Source: Conchiformibius steedae (GTDB taxonomy: Bacteria > Pseudomonadota > Gammaproteobacteria > Burkholderiales > Neisseriaceae). From it: a stretch of DNA of 32,000 nucleotides. The translations under genes and the position numbers were made by a program. The notes beneath the pieces were generated by a model. It was given only the letters and a program-made list of their open reading frames with translations. It was not told the DNA's origin and did no database searches. The stretch is taken from assembly GCF_014054725.1 (NCBI RefSeq), contig NZ_CP059563.1, positions 254,868-286,867 on the forward strand. Direction: 5' to 3'. Of the stretch, positions 24,745 to 32,000 are shown piece by piece; the first letter of the stretch is position 1, and every line of letters begins with the position of its first letter.

Positions 24745-24779
24745 AAACCGCTTGAAAAAGATTTTCAAGCGGTTTTTTT
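24745..24779 (+). terminator. rho-independent terminator after rpmE
   Basis: AAACCGCTTGAAAA/TTTTCAAGCGGTTT stem followed by TTTTT. Confidence 0.8.
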
Positions 24780-24784
24780 ACAAC

Positions 24785-24817
24785 AAAAAATCGGAATTTT
24801 TACAAATTCCGATTTTT
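24785..24817 (-). terminator. rho-independent terminator after rplQ (minus strand; bidirectional shape)
   Basis: AAAAATCGGAATTT/AAATTCCGATTTTT hairpin with A/T runs on both sides. Confidence 0.7.
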
Positions 24818-24828
24818 CTATGCCTTAA

Positions 24829-25212
24829 TTATTCGGCAGCTTCAGCAGCAGGTGCGTTTTTCTCTACCAGCTCCACCAATGCCAAAGGCGCATTGTCGCC
24901 TTTGCGGAAGCCGTATTTCAAAATACGCACATAGCCGCCGTTGCGGTTGGCAAAACGTCCACCCAAATCGTCAAACAGCTTTACCACCACATCACGGTCG
25001 CGGGTGCGGTCAAACGCCAAACGGCGGTTGGCCAAAGACGGTTTTTTACCCAAGGTAATCAAGGGCTCAACCACACGACGCAACTCTTTGGCTTTAGGCA
25101 AAGTAGTAACAATGGTTTCATGAGTGAGCAAAGAATTTGCCATATTACGCAACATGGCAGCACGGTGGCTGCTGGTGCGGTTCAGTTTACGGTTACCATT
25201 ACGATGACGCAT
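24829..25212 (-). CDS. rplQ: 50S ribosomal protein L17
   Basis: [17 protein letters not shown]... is the canonical L17 N-terminus. It follows rpoA. Confidence 0.95.
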   Translation of the reverse strand: MRHRNGNRKLNRTSSHRAAMLRNMANSLLTHETIVTTLPKAKELRRVVEPLITLGKKPSLANRRLAFDRTRDRDVVVKLFDDLGGRFANRNGGYVRILKYGFRKGDNAPLALVELVEKNAPAAEAAE

Positions 25213-25238
25213 GTCATTATCCTTTAATCTTCAAACGC

Positions 25239-26222
25239 TTACGGCTTTTCCAAACCAGCGGGCGGCCATGCTTCCAGCTTCGAACCCAGTGTCAAACCTT
25301 TTGATGCCAACACTTCTTTGATTTCGTTCAAAGACTTGCGACCCAAATTCGGGGTTTTCAACAACTCGGTTTCGGTACGCTGAATCAAATCGCCGATGTA
25401 ATAAATGTCTTCGGCTTTCAGGCAGTTTGCCGAACGCACCGTCAGTTCCAAATCATCAACGGGACGCAGCAGCACAGGGTCAATCGGCGGTGCTTTTTCT
25501 TCTTCCACCTCAACTGGTGTGCCTTGCAAATCGGCAAAAATCGACATTTGGTCAATCAAAATCCGTGCTGCCGTGCGGACGGCTTCTTCGGGGTCAATCG
25601 CACCATTGGTTTCAATGTCGAGAATCAGGCTGTCCAAGTCGGTACGCTGTTCCACACGCGCTGCTTCTACATCAAAGCTCACACGGCTGATGGGCGAAAA
25701 GCTCGCATCCAATTGAATAGCACCGATTTTGGTGTGATCCTTACCTTGGCGGCGACCGGAAACGGGCTGATAACCACGTCCTTGTTCCACCTTGATTTCC
25801 ATGGCAATGCTGCCTTTATCCGCCAAATGGCAGATAACGTGGTCGGGATTGATGATTTCCACATCGTGCGGCAGCTCGATGTCGCCTGCACGCACCACGC
25901 CCGCGCCCGATTTGTTCAGGCTCACGGTAACATCAGTGCGCCCGTGCAAGCGGAAAACCACGCCCTTGATGTTCAGAAGGATGTCAACCACATCCTCCTG
26001 AACGCCTTCCAAAGTGGAATATTCGTGCAAAACGCCGTCAATGTTCACTTCGGTCGGGGCAAAGCCGTTCATAGATGACAGTAAGATACGACGCAAAGCA
26101 TTACCTAAAGTATGACCGAAACCGCGCTCAAAAGGCTGCATGGACACTTTGGCACGGGTAGCGGACAAAGTATCCACGTCAATCTGACGGGGTTTCAAAA
26201 ATTCGGAAGTGCTGTTTTGCAT
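25239..26222 (-). CDS. rpoA: DNA-directed RNA polymerase subunit alpha
   Basis: 327 aa. N-terminus ...LKPR...[19 protein letters not shown] and C-terminal domain [12 protein letters not shown]. Confidence 0.97.
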   Translation of the reverse strand: MQNSTSEFLKPRQIDVDTLSATRAKVSMQPFERGFGHTLGNALRRILLSSMNGFAPTEVNIDGVLHEYSTLEGVQEDVVDILLNIKGVVFRLHGRTDVTVSLNKSGAGVVRAGDIELPHDVEIINPDHVICHLADKGSIAMEIKVEQGRGYQPVSGRRQGKDHTKIGAIQLDASFSPISRVSFDVEAARVEQRTDLDSLILDIETNGAIDPEEAVRTAARILIDQMSIFADLQGTPVEVEEEKAPPIDPVLLRPVDDLELTVRSANCLKAEDIYYIGDLIQRTETELLKTPNLGRKSLNEIKEVLASKGLTLGSKLEAWPPAGLEKP

Positions 26223-26247
26223 TTAACTGTCCCTCACTTCGCCGGCA

Positions 26248-26868
26248 TTATTTAGAGTAGAACTCTACCACCAGCTGTTCATTAATATCGCTGTACAACT
26301 CAGCGCGGTCGGGCATATTTTTGAATACGCCTTCCATTTTCGCCGCATCCACGCTTACCCAGCCCGGAAAGCCGATTTGACCGGCCAAGCCCAAGGCTTC
26401 TTGGATACGGACTTGTTTTTTCGCTTTTTCGCGCACGGCTACCACATCACCCGCTTTCACTTGGAAAGAAGGGATATTCACTACCTGACCGTTTACAACA
26501 ATCGCTTTGTGCGACACCAATTGGCGTGCTTCGGCGCGGGTAGAGGCAAAGCCCATGCGGTAAACCACATTGTCCAAGCGCGACTCCAGCAATTGCAGCA
26601 GCAATTCGCCGGTTGAGCCTTTACGGCGGTCGGCTTCGGCAAAATAACGGCGGAACTGACGTTCCAACACGCCGTAAATACGGCGGATTTTTTGTTTTTC
26701 GCGCAATTGCAGACCATAATCTGACAAACGCGGTTTTTTCGCGCCATGCTGACCGGGCGCAGATGCCATTTTGCACTTGGAATCCAAAGAGCGGCGTGCG
26801 CTTTTCAGATATAAATCAGTACCTTCACGGCGGGACAGTTTACATTTCGGTCCAATATAACGTGCCAT
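26248..26868 (-). CDS. rpsD: 30S ribosomal protein S4
   Basis: ATG at 26868 ([16 protein letters not shown]). Confidence 0.95.
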   Translation of the reverse strand: MARYIGPKCKLSRREGTDLYLKSARRSLDSKCKMASAPGQHGAKKPRLSDYGLQLREKQKIRRIYGVLERQFRRYFAEADRRKGSTGELLLQLLESRLDNVVYRMGFASTRAEARQLVSHKAIVVNGQVVNIPSFQVKAGDVVAVREKAKKQVRIQEALGLAGQIGFPGWVSVDAAKMEGVFKNMPDRAELYSDINEQLVVEFYSK

Positions 26869-26881
26869 TCTCAATCACTCC

Positions 26882-27277
26882 TTAAATACGACGTTTTTTC
26901 GGCGGACGGCAGCCGTTGTGCGGCAGCGGGGTAACGTCGGTAATGCTGGTGATTTTGAAACCCAGCGCATTGAGCGCGCGCACGGAAGACTCACGACCCG
27001 GACCCGGACCTTTAATGCGTACTTCGAGGTTTTTCACGCCATATTCTTGGGCAACTTTACCAGCTGCTTCTGCCGCAACCTGTGCAGCAAACGGTGTACT
27101 TTTACGCGAACCTTTAAAACCGGCGCCGCCAGAGGTAGCCCAAGACAACGCATTGCCTTGACGGTCGGTAATGGTAATGATGGTATTGTTAAACGAAGCA
27201 TGAACATGCACAATACCTTCACTCACGGTTTTGCGTACTTTTTTGCGTACACGTGAGGCTGTGTTTGCTTTAGCCAT
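26882..27277 (-). CDS. rpsK: 30S ribosomal protein S11
   Basis: ATG at 27277 ([16 protein letters not shown]...[17 protein letters not shown]). Confidence 0.95.
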
Positions 27278-27295
27278 CAATTAATCCTTCAAAAA

Positions 27296-27658
27296 TTATT
27301 TTTTACCGGCAATCGCTTTGCGCGGACCTTTACGGGTACGGGCATTGGTACGGGTGCGCTGACCACGGCAAGGCAATCCGCGACGGTGGCGGAAGCCGCG
27401 ATAGCAGCCCATATCAATCAAGCGTTTGATGTTCATCGTTACTTCACGACGCAAATCGCCTTCCACTTCATATTTGGCAACTTGTTCGCGCAAAGCTTCT
27501 AATTGTGACTCGTCCAAATCTTTGACTTTGGTGCTGCCGACAACGCCTGCAGCTTCACAAATATTTTTCGCACGGGTCGAGCCGATACCGTAAATGGCTT
27601 GCAAGCCAATAACGATATGGGCATTGTTGGGGATATTTACCCCTGCAATACGGGCCAT
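27296..27658 (-). CDS. rpsM: 30S ribosomal protein S13
   Basis: [14 protein letters not shown]... is the canonical S13 N-terminus. Confidence 0.95.
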   Translation of the reverse strand: MARIAGVNIPNNAHIVIGLQAIYGIGSTRAKNICEAAGVVGSTKVKDLDESQLEALREQVAKYEVEGDLRREVTMNIKRLIDMGCYRGFRHRRGLPCRGQRTRTNARTRKGPRKAIAGKK

Positions 27659-27711
27659 ATTTTTTCCTTAAGGGCAAAAAGTGCGCACTATATCACAAAA
27701 TCAGAGCAATA

Positions 27712-27825
27712 TCAGCCTTGACGTTGTTTGTGGCGCGGGTCGGTACAAATGACGCGGACTGTACGGTTACGGCGGATAACTTTGCAGTTGCGGCAAATGG
27801 GTTTTACGGAGGGTTGTACTCGCAT
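27712..27825 (-). CDS. rpmJ: 50S ribosomal protein L36
   Basis: Not in the ORF track (37 aa). The minus strand reads [37 protein letters not shown]. Confidence 0.9.
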   Translation of the reverse strand: MRVQPSVKPICRNCKVIRRNRTVRVICTDPRHKQRQG

Positions 27826-27845
27826 AACATTTTCCTTCTACGGGA

Positions 27846-28064
27846 TTAGCGGGCACGGAACACAATGCGTGCCCGTGACAAATCATAAGGGGTCAGCTCC
27901 ACGGTAACCTTGTCGCCGGGGGAAATACGGATATAGTGCATCCGCATTTTGCCAGAAATATGTCCCAGCACGACATGTCCGTTTTCCAACTGGACTTTAA
28001 ATGTTGCATTGGGCAGAGTTTCCAGAATCTCGCCCTGCATTTGTATGGTATCTTCTTTAGCCAT
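27846..28064 (-). CDS. infA: translation initiation factor IF-1
   Basis: [30 protein letters not shown]... is canonical IF-1. It lies between secY and rpmJ. Confidence 0.95.
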   Translation of the reverse strand: MAKEDTIQMQGEILETLPNATFKVQLENGHVVLGHISGKMRMHYIRISPGDKVTVELTPYDLSRARIVFRAR

Positions 28065-28066
28065 AA

Positions 28067-29374
28067 TTATTTACGCAATGATTTTACATCGGGGCGCCGA
28101 ATCAGGTCGTCATATTGCTGGCTCATGCGGTAGGATGCCAATTGGTTGTTGAAATCCATGGTTACCACCACCAAAATCAGCAGCGACGTGCCGCCCAAAT
28201 AAAACGGAATGCCCAAACCTGTGGTTAAAAACTCGGGAATCAGACACACCACGGTAATATACAGCGCACCGTAGAATGTCAGTCGCAGAACCACTTTTTC
28301 CAAATAACGCGAGGTTTGCTCGCCTGGGCGGATGCTGGGCACAAACGCACCGCTTTTTTTCAGGTTTTCCGCCATTTCTTTGGGACTGAACGCCAATGCG
28401 GTATAAAAATAGCAGAAAAAGATGATGCTGGCTGCAAACAAAATAATGTATGCGGGCTGACCGTGTTGCAAAAATCCTGCCACGCGGTTTAACCAACCTG
28501 TCGGGTCGCTGCTGCCGAACCAGCCGGCAAACATTCCGGGGAACATGATGATACTGGACGCAAAAATCGGCGGAATCACGCCTGCCATATTCAGCTTGAA
28601 CGGCATGTGGTTGCCTTGTCCCGACATCACTTGGCGTTTGGCATAATGCACGGGTACTTTACGCAGTGCGCTTTCAAAAAATACCACGCCGTAAGTCAGC
28701 AACAATGCACCCGTTACCACGCCCACGGCAGTAATCGCGCTGATTGCACCTTCGGAAGTCAATTGCCACAGCTGGATAATACCTGACGGAATACCCGCCA
28801 CAATCCCCGCTGTAATCAGCAGTGAAATACCGTTGCCGATGCCGCGCTCGGTAATTTGTTCGCCCAACCACATCAAAAACATGGTTCCACCTACCAAACA
28901 GGTAATGGTGGACAGGAAAAATTCAAATTGACCGATTACCACCACATTTTGGCTGTACACAAAATTGGCGACACCGAAACTCTGCAGCGTTGCCAGCAGC
29001 ACCGTACCCATACGGGTGTATTTGGTGATGGTTTTACGCCCGGCATCGCCTTCCTTCTTCAATGCCTTAAGCGAAGGCACAATTTCTGCCGCCAACTGCA
29101 TCACAATCGAGGCGGAAATATACGGCATAATGCCAATGGCAAATACGCTGAAGCGTTCAAGCGAACCGCCTGAAAACATATTCAGCATACCGAAAATGCC
29201 TTGACCGCTGCCGTTTGACAGTTTTTCCGCCAAACTGGCAGCGTCCACACCGGGCACGGGAACGTGTGCACCGATGCGGAACACAATCAGCGCCCCAAGC
29301 AAAAACATCAGACGTTTGCGCAAATCTGGATTACTCAACAGACCGGCTGCCGATGAAGAAGGTTGCTTAGCCAC
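28067..29374 (-). CDS. secY: preprotein translocase subunit SecY
   Basis: 435 aa with 10 hydrophobic segments, in the conserved position after rplO. Confidence 0.95.
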   Translation of the reverse strand: MAKQPSSSAAGLLSNPDLRKRLMFLLGALIVFRIGAHVPVPGVDAASLAEKLSNGSGQGIFGMLNMFSGGSLERFSVFAIGIMPYISASIVMQLAAEIVPSLKALKKEGDAGRKTITKYTRMGTVLLATLQSFGVANFVYSQNVVVIGQFEFFLSTITCLVGGTMFLMWLGEQITERGIGNGISLLITAGIVAGIPSGIIQLWQLTSEGAISAITAVGVVTGALLLTYGVVFFESALRKVPVHYAKRQVMSGQGNHMPFKLNMAGVIPPIFASSIIMFPGMFAGWFGSSDPTGWLNRVAGFLQHGQPAYIILFAASIIFFCYFYTALAFSPKEMAENLKKSGAFVPSIRPGEQTSRYLEKVVLRLTFYGALYITVVCLIPEFLTTGLGIPFYLGGTSLLILVVVTMDFNNQLASYRMSQQYDDLIRRPDVKSLRK

Positions 29375-29385
29375 TATCGGACGCC

Positions 29386-29820
29386 TTATTCTTCTACCTT
29401 GCCGCCGGCAGCTTCAATGGCGGCTTTCGCGCCTTTGGTCGCTTTAATGCCTTTAAGTGTAACGGCTTTGGTCAGTTCGCCAGAAGCAATAATTTTCACG
29501 TTTTGGGCATCTGCGGCTACCAAACCGGCCTGCTTCAGCACCAATACGTCAATTTCATTCACGGCAACCGCATTCAAAGCAGACAAACGCACTTCGGCAT
29601 TGAAAGCAGCAGTCAAAGATTTAAAACCGCGTTTGGGCAAACGGCGTTGCAAAGGCATTTGACCGCCTTCAAAACCCACTTTGTGGAAACCGCCTGCACG
29701 GCTTTTTTGACCTTTATGACCGCGACCACCAGTTTTACCCAAGCCGCTGCCGATACCGCGACCAACGCGGCGGGGGGCGTGTTTCGCACCTTCGGCAGGC
29801 TGAATCGTATTCAAAAACAT
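29386..29820 (-). CDS. rplO: 50S ribosomal protein L15
   Basis: [38 protein letters not shown]. Confidence 0.95.
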   Translation of the reverse strand: MFLNTIQPAEGAKHAPRRVGRGIGSGLGKTGGRGHKGQKSRAGGFHKVGFEGGQMPLQRRLPKRGFKSLTAAFNAEVRLSALNAVAVNEIDVLVLKQAGLVAADAQNVKIIASGELTKAVTLKGIKATKGAKAAIEAAGGKVEE

Positions 29821-29822
29821 GA

Positions 29823-30008
29823 CTAAGCCTCCACTTTCAGCAGGTAGCTGATTTTGTTAATCATACCGCGGTTTTGCGGGGTATCCAACACCTCAACGGT
29901 GTGCTGGCGGCGGCGCAAGCCCAAGCCACGGGCACAAGCACGGTGCGACTCAATCGTACCAATCAAGCTGCGTACCAGTGTTACTTTGATTTTCTTTTGC
30001 TCACTCAT
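29823..30008 (-). CDS. rpmD: 50S ribosomal protein L30
   Basis: ATG at 30008 ([17 protein letters not shown]...). It overlaps the rpsE stop by 8 nt. Confidence 0.9.
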   Translation of the reverse strand: MSEQKKIKVTLVRSLIGTIESHRACARGLGLRRRQHTVEVLDTPQNRGMINKISYLLKVEA

Positions 30009-30519
30009 GGTTTGCTCCGAAAATTTCTTCAACCGTCAAACCGCGTTTGGCAGCGATTTCGGCAGGCGTGTACAACTTAGACAAACCGTCCAAAGTAGCA
30101 CGCACGATGTTGTAAGGGTTGGTTGAACCGTGTACTTTGGCAGAAATATTGTGTACGCCCAAAGCATCAAATACCAAACGCATCGGACCACCTGCTTTTA
30201 CACCACTACCTTCTTTGGCAGGCTGCATAAATACGCGGGTTGCACCGTGTTTACCAATCACTTCGTGATGAATCGTACCGTTTTTCAAAGGTACTTTAAT
30301 CATCGAACGGCGGGCTTGATCCATGGCTTTTTGTACGGCAACAGGCACTTCGCGGGATTTACCCTTGCCCATACCGATACGACCATCACCATCACCCACT
30401 ACGGTCAAAGCGGAAAACGCCATAATGCGACCGCCTTTAACCACTTTGGTTACGCGGTTTACGGCAACCATTTTTTCAATCAGGCCGTCGCCGCGTTCTT
30501 CTGTTTCATGTTTTGCCAT
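30001..30519 (-). CDS. rpsE: 30S ribosomal protein S5
   Basis: ATG at 30519 with a GGAG RBS ([31 protein letters not shown]). Confidence 0.95.
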   Translation of the reverse strand: MAKHETEERGDGLIEKMVAVNRVTKVVKGGRIMAFSALTVVGDGDGRIGMGKGKSREVPVAVQKAMDQARRSMIKVPLKNGTIHHEVIGKHGATRVFMQPAKEGSGVKAGGPMRLVFDALGVHNISAKVHGSTNPYNIVRATLDGLSKLYTPAEIAAKRGLTVEEIFGANHE

Positions 30520-30538
30520 TTTGGTCTCCACAATCTGA

Positions 30539-30892
30539 TTAGAAGCTCAAGCCGTTTTCACGGGCGGCTTCGGCCAATGCTTTTACGCGGCCGTGGTATT
30601 GAAAACCAGAACGGTCAAAAGCAACTTTCTCGATACCGGCAGCTTTGGCTTTTTCAGCAATGCGTTTGCCTACCAAAGCAGCGGCTTCCACATTACCGCC
30701 TGATTTCAGGCTGCCGCGCACTTCAGCTTCTACAGTAGAGGCAGAAGCCAATACTTTATCGCCTTCGGCACTGATAACTTGGGCATAAATATGGCTGTTG
30801 CTGCGGAACACGCACAAACGAACCATATTCAAACCTGCAATGCGCGCACGGGTTTTGCGTGCACGGCGCAGTCTTGCAACTTTTTTATTCAT
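30539..30892 (-). CDS. rplR: 50S ribosomal protein L18
   Basis: [18 protein letters not shown]... Confidence 0.95.
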   Translation of the reverse strand: MNKKVARLRRARKTRARIAGLNMVRLCVFRSNSHIYAQVISAEGDKVLASASTVEAEVRGSLKSGGNVEAAALVGKRIAEKAKAAGIEKVAFDRSGFQYHGRVKALAEAARENGLSF

Positions 30893-30906
30893 GATTACAG
30901 CCTCAA

Positions 30907-31440
30907 TTATTTCTTCTTAGCTTCTTTCATGACCACCACCTCACCGACGTAGCGGACACCTTTGCCTTTGTAAGGCTCAGGCGGACGGAACGCACGGATT
31001 TCGGCGGCTGCCTGACCGACAACCTGTTTGTCCGCACCGCTCAATACAATCTCGGTTTGGGACGGGGTTTGAACGCTCACACCCGCAGGCATTTCATACT
31101 CAACGGGGTGGGAAAAGCCCAAAGAAAGATTCAATTTGCTGCCTTGAGCTTGGGCACGGTAGCCCACGCCGATTAATTGCAGCTTTTTCTCAAAGCCTTC
31201 CGATACGCCTTTTACCATATTGGCAACCAGCGCACGCACGGTGCCGGACATGGCACGGGCATGTTTGCTCTCATCGGCAGCGGCAAAAGTCAATACGCCG
31301 TTGTCGAGTTCAACTTTTACCGCACCGGTCAAAGGCAGCGACAAAGCACCGTTTTTACCTTTTACGGTCAAGGCATCTGTTCCGAAGTTTACTTCTACGC
31401 CAGCAGGAACAGTTACTGGATTTTTCGCTACGCGAGACAT
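30907..31440 (-). CDS. rplF: 50S ribosomal protein L6
   Basis: ATG at 31440 ([17 protein letters not shown]...). Confidence 0.95.
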   Translation of the reverse strand: MSRVAKNPVTVPAGVEVNFGTDALTVKGKNGALSLPLTGAVKVELDNGVLTFAAADESKHARAMSGTVRALVANMVKGVSEGFEKKLQLIGVGYRAQAQGSKLNLSLGFSHPVEYEMPAGVSVQTPSQTEIVLSGADKQVVGQAAAEIRAFRPPEPYKGKGVRYVGEVVVMKEAKKK

Positions 31441-31454
31441 CTGAAAACGCTCCT

Positions 31455-31847
31455 TTAGGCAACAATGCACAGCAGCTCGCCGCCGATACCGGCTGCGCGC
31501 GCTTTACGGTCAGTCATCACACCTTTAGACGTGCTGACAACGGCAATACCCAAACCGTTCATCACAGTGGGGATTTCGTCCGCGCCCTTGTAAACGCGCA
31601 AACCGGGACGCGATACACGCTTGATTTGCTCGATTACCGGACGGCCGGCATAGTATTTCAACTCAACCGACAACACCGGTTTAGCATCGGCGGAAACGGA
31701 AAAATCTTCGATATAACCTTCTTCTTTCAAAACTTTGGCAATTGCACATTTCAGTTTTGAAGAAGGCATAGCCACAGCCGCTTTGCTGGAACGTTGTGCG
31801 TTGCGGATACGGGTCAGCATATCGGAAATAGGATCATGCATACTCAT
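31455..31847 (-). CDS. rpsH: 30S ribosomal protein S8
   Basis: [18 protein letters not shown]... Confidence 0.95.
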   Translation of the reverse strand: MSMHDPISDMLTRIRNAQRSSKAAVAMPSSKLKCAIAKVLKEEGYIEDFSVSADAKPVLSVELKYYAGRPVIEQIKRVSRPGLRVYKGADEIPTVMNGLGIAVVSTSKGVMTDRKARAAGIGGELLCIVA

Positions 31848-31861
31848 TTTTTATACTCCCA

Positions 31862-32000
31862 TTACCAAGAGGCTTTGATAACACCCGGAATACCGCCGCG
31901 CATAGCGATTTCACGGATTTTGATGCGGCCCAAACCGAATTTGCGGAACACGCCGCGCGGACGACCAGTCAATGCACAACGGCGGCGCTGGCGCACAGGC
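31862..32000 (-). CDS. rpsN: 30S ribosomal protein S14 (3' part; the 5' end lies beyond the window)
   Basis: The minus strand ends ...KASW* (TTACCAAGAGGCTTT on the plus strand), with the [36 protein letters not shown] pattern upstream. Confidence 0.85.
   Translation of the reverse strand, partial: PVRQRRRCALTGRPRGVFRKFGLGRIKIREIAMRGGIPGVIKASW

Overview
Chromosomal segment of a roughly 50% GC Gram-negative bacterium. The gene order and the phage type suggest Neisseriaceae, but that is inference only.

The left part carries pdxA, a polytopic membrane protein, tRNA-Ser(GGA), a SAM methyltransferase with a regulatory domain, lspA-ispH and a small secreted protein.

The centre (6150-15028, about 8.9 kb) is a complete Nf/MDA-like filamentous (inovirus) prophage. 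Its genes run in one direction:
- two unknown leader genes
- a Rep_trans-type replication initiator
- a gV-position protein
- an AT-rich, hyper-acidic moron
- the major coat protein
- small hydrophobic proteins
- a pIII-like adsorption protein
- a 384-bp structured intergenic region
- a pVI-like protein
- a Zot/pI assembly ATPase
- two tiny membrane proteins
- an IS110/Piv-family DEDD recombinase at the right end

The element splits an endonuclease V-like gene. The two gene halves (5949-6149 and 15029-15412, minus strand) can be rejoined in frame across a GCT that is present at both junctions.

The right part carries uvrC, a low-GC islet with broken reading frames, dnaJ, ftsY with a very long acidic N-terminus, an orphan ABC ATPase, guaB, a DUF4124-like protein and rpmE. 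After these, on the minus strand, come the alpha/spc ribosomal operons (rplQ-rpoA-rpsD-rpsK-rpsM-rpmJ-infA-secY-rplO-rpmD-rpsE-rplR-rplF-rpsH-rpsN').

I saw no rRNA, CRISPR array or recognisable defence-system enzymes. The most unusual material is the phage integration module (an IS110-family recombinase, target-mimicking hairpins and structured non-coding RNA/DNA regions) and the acidic moron.
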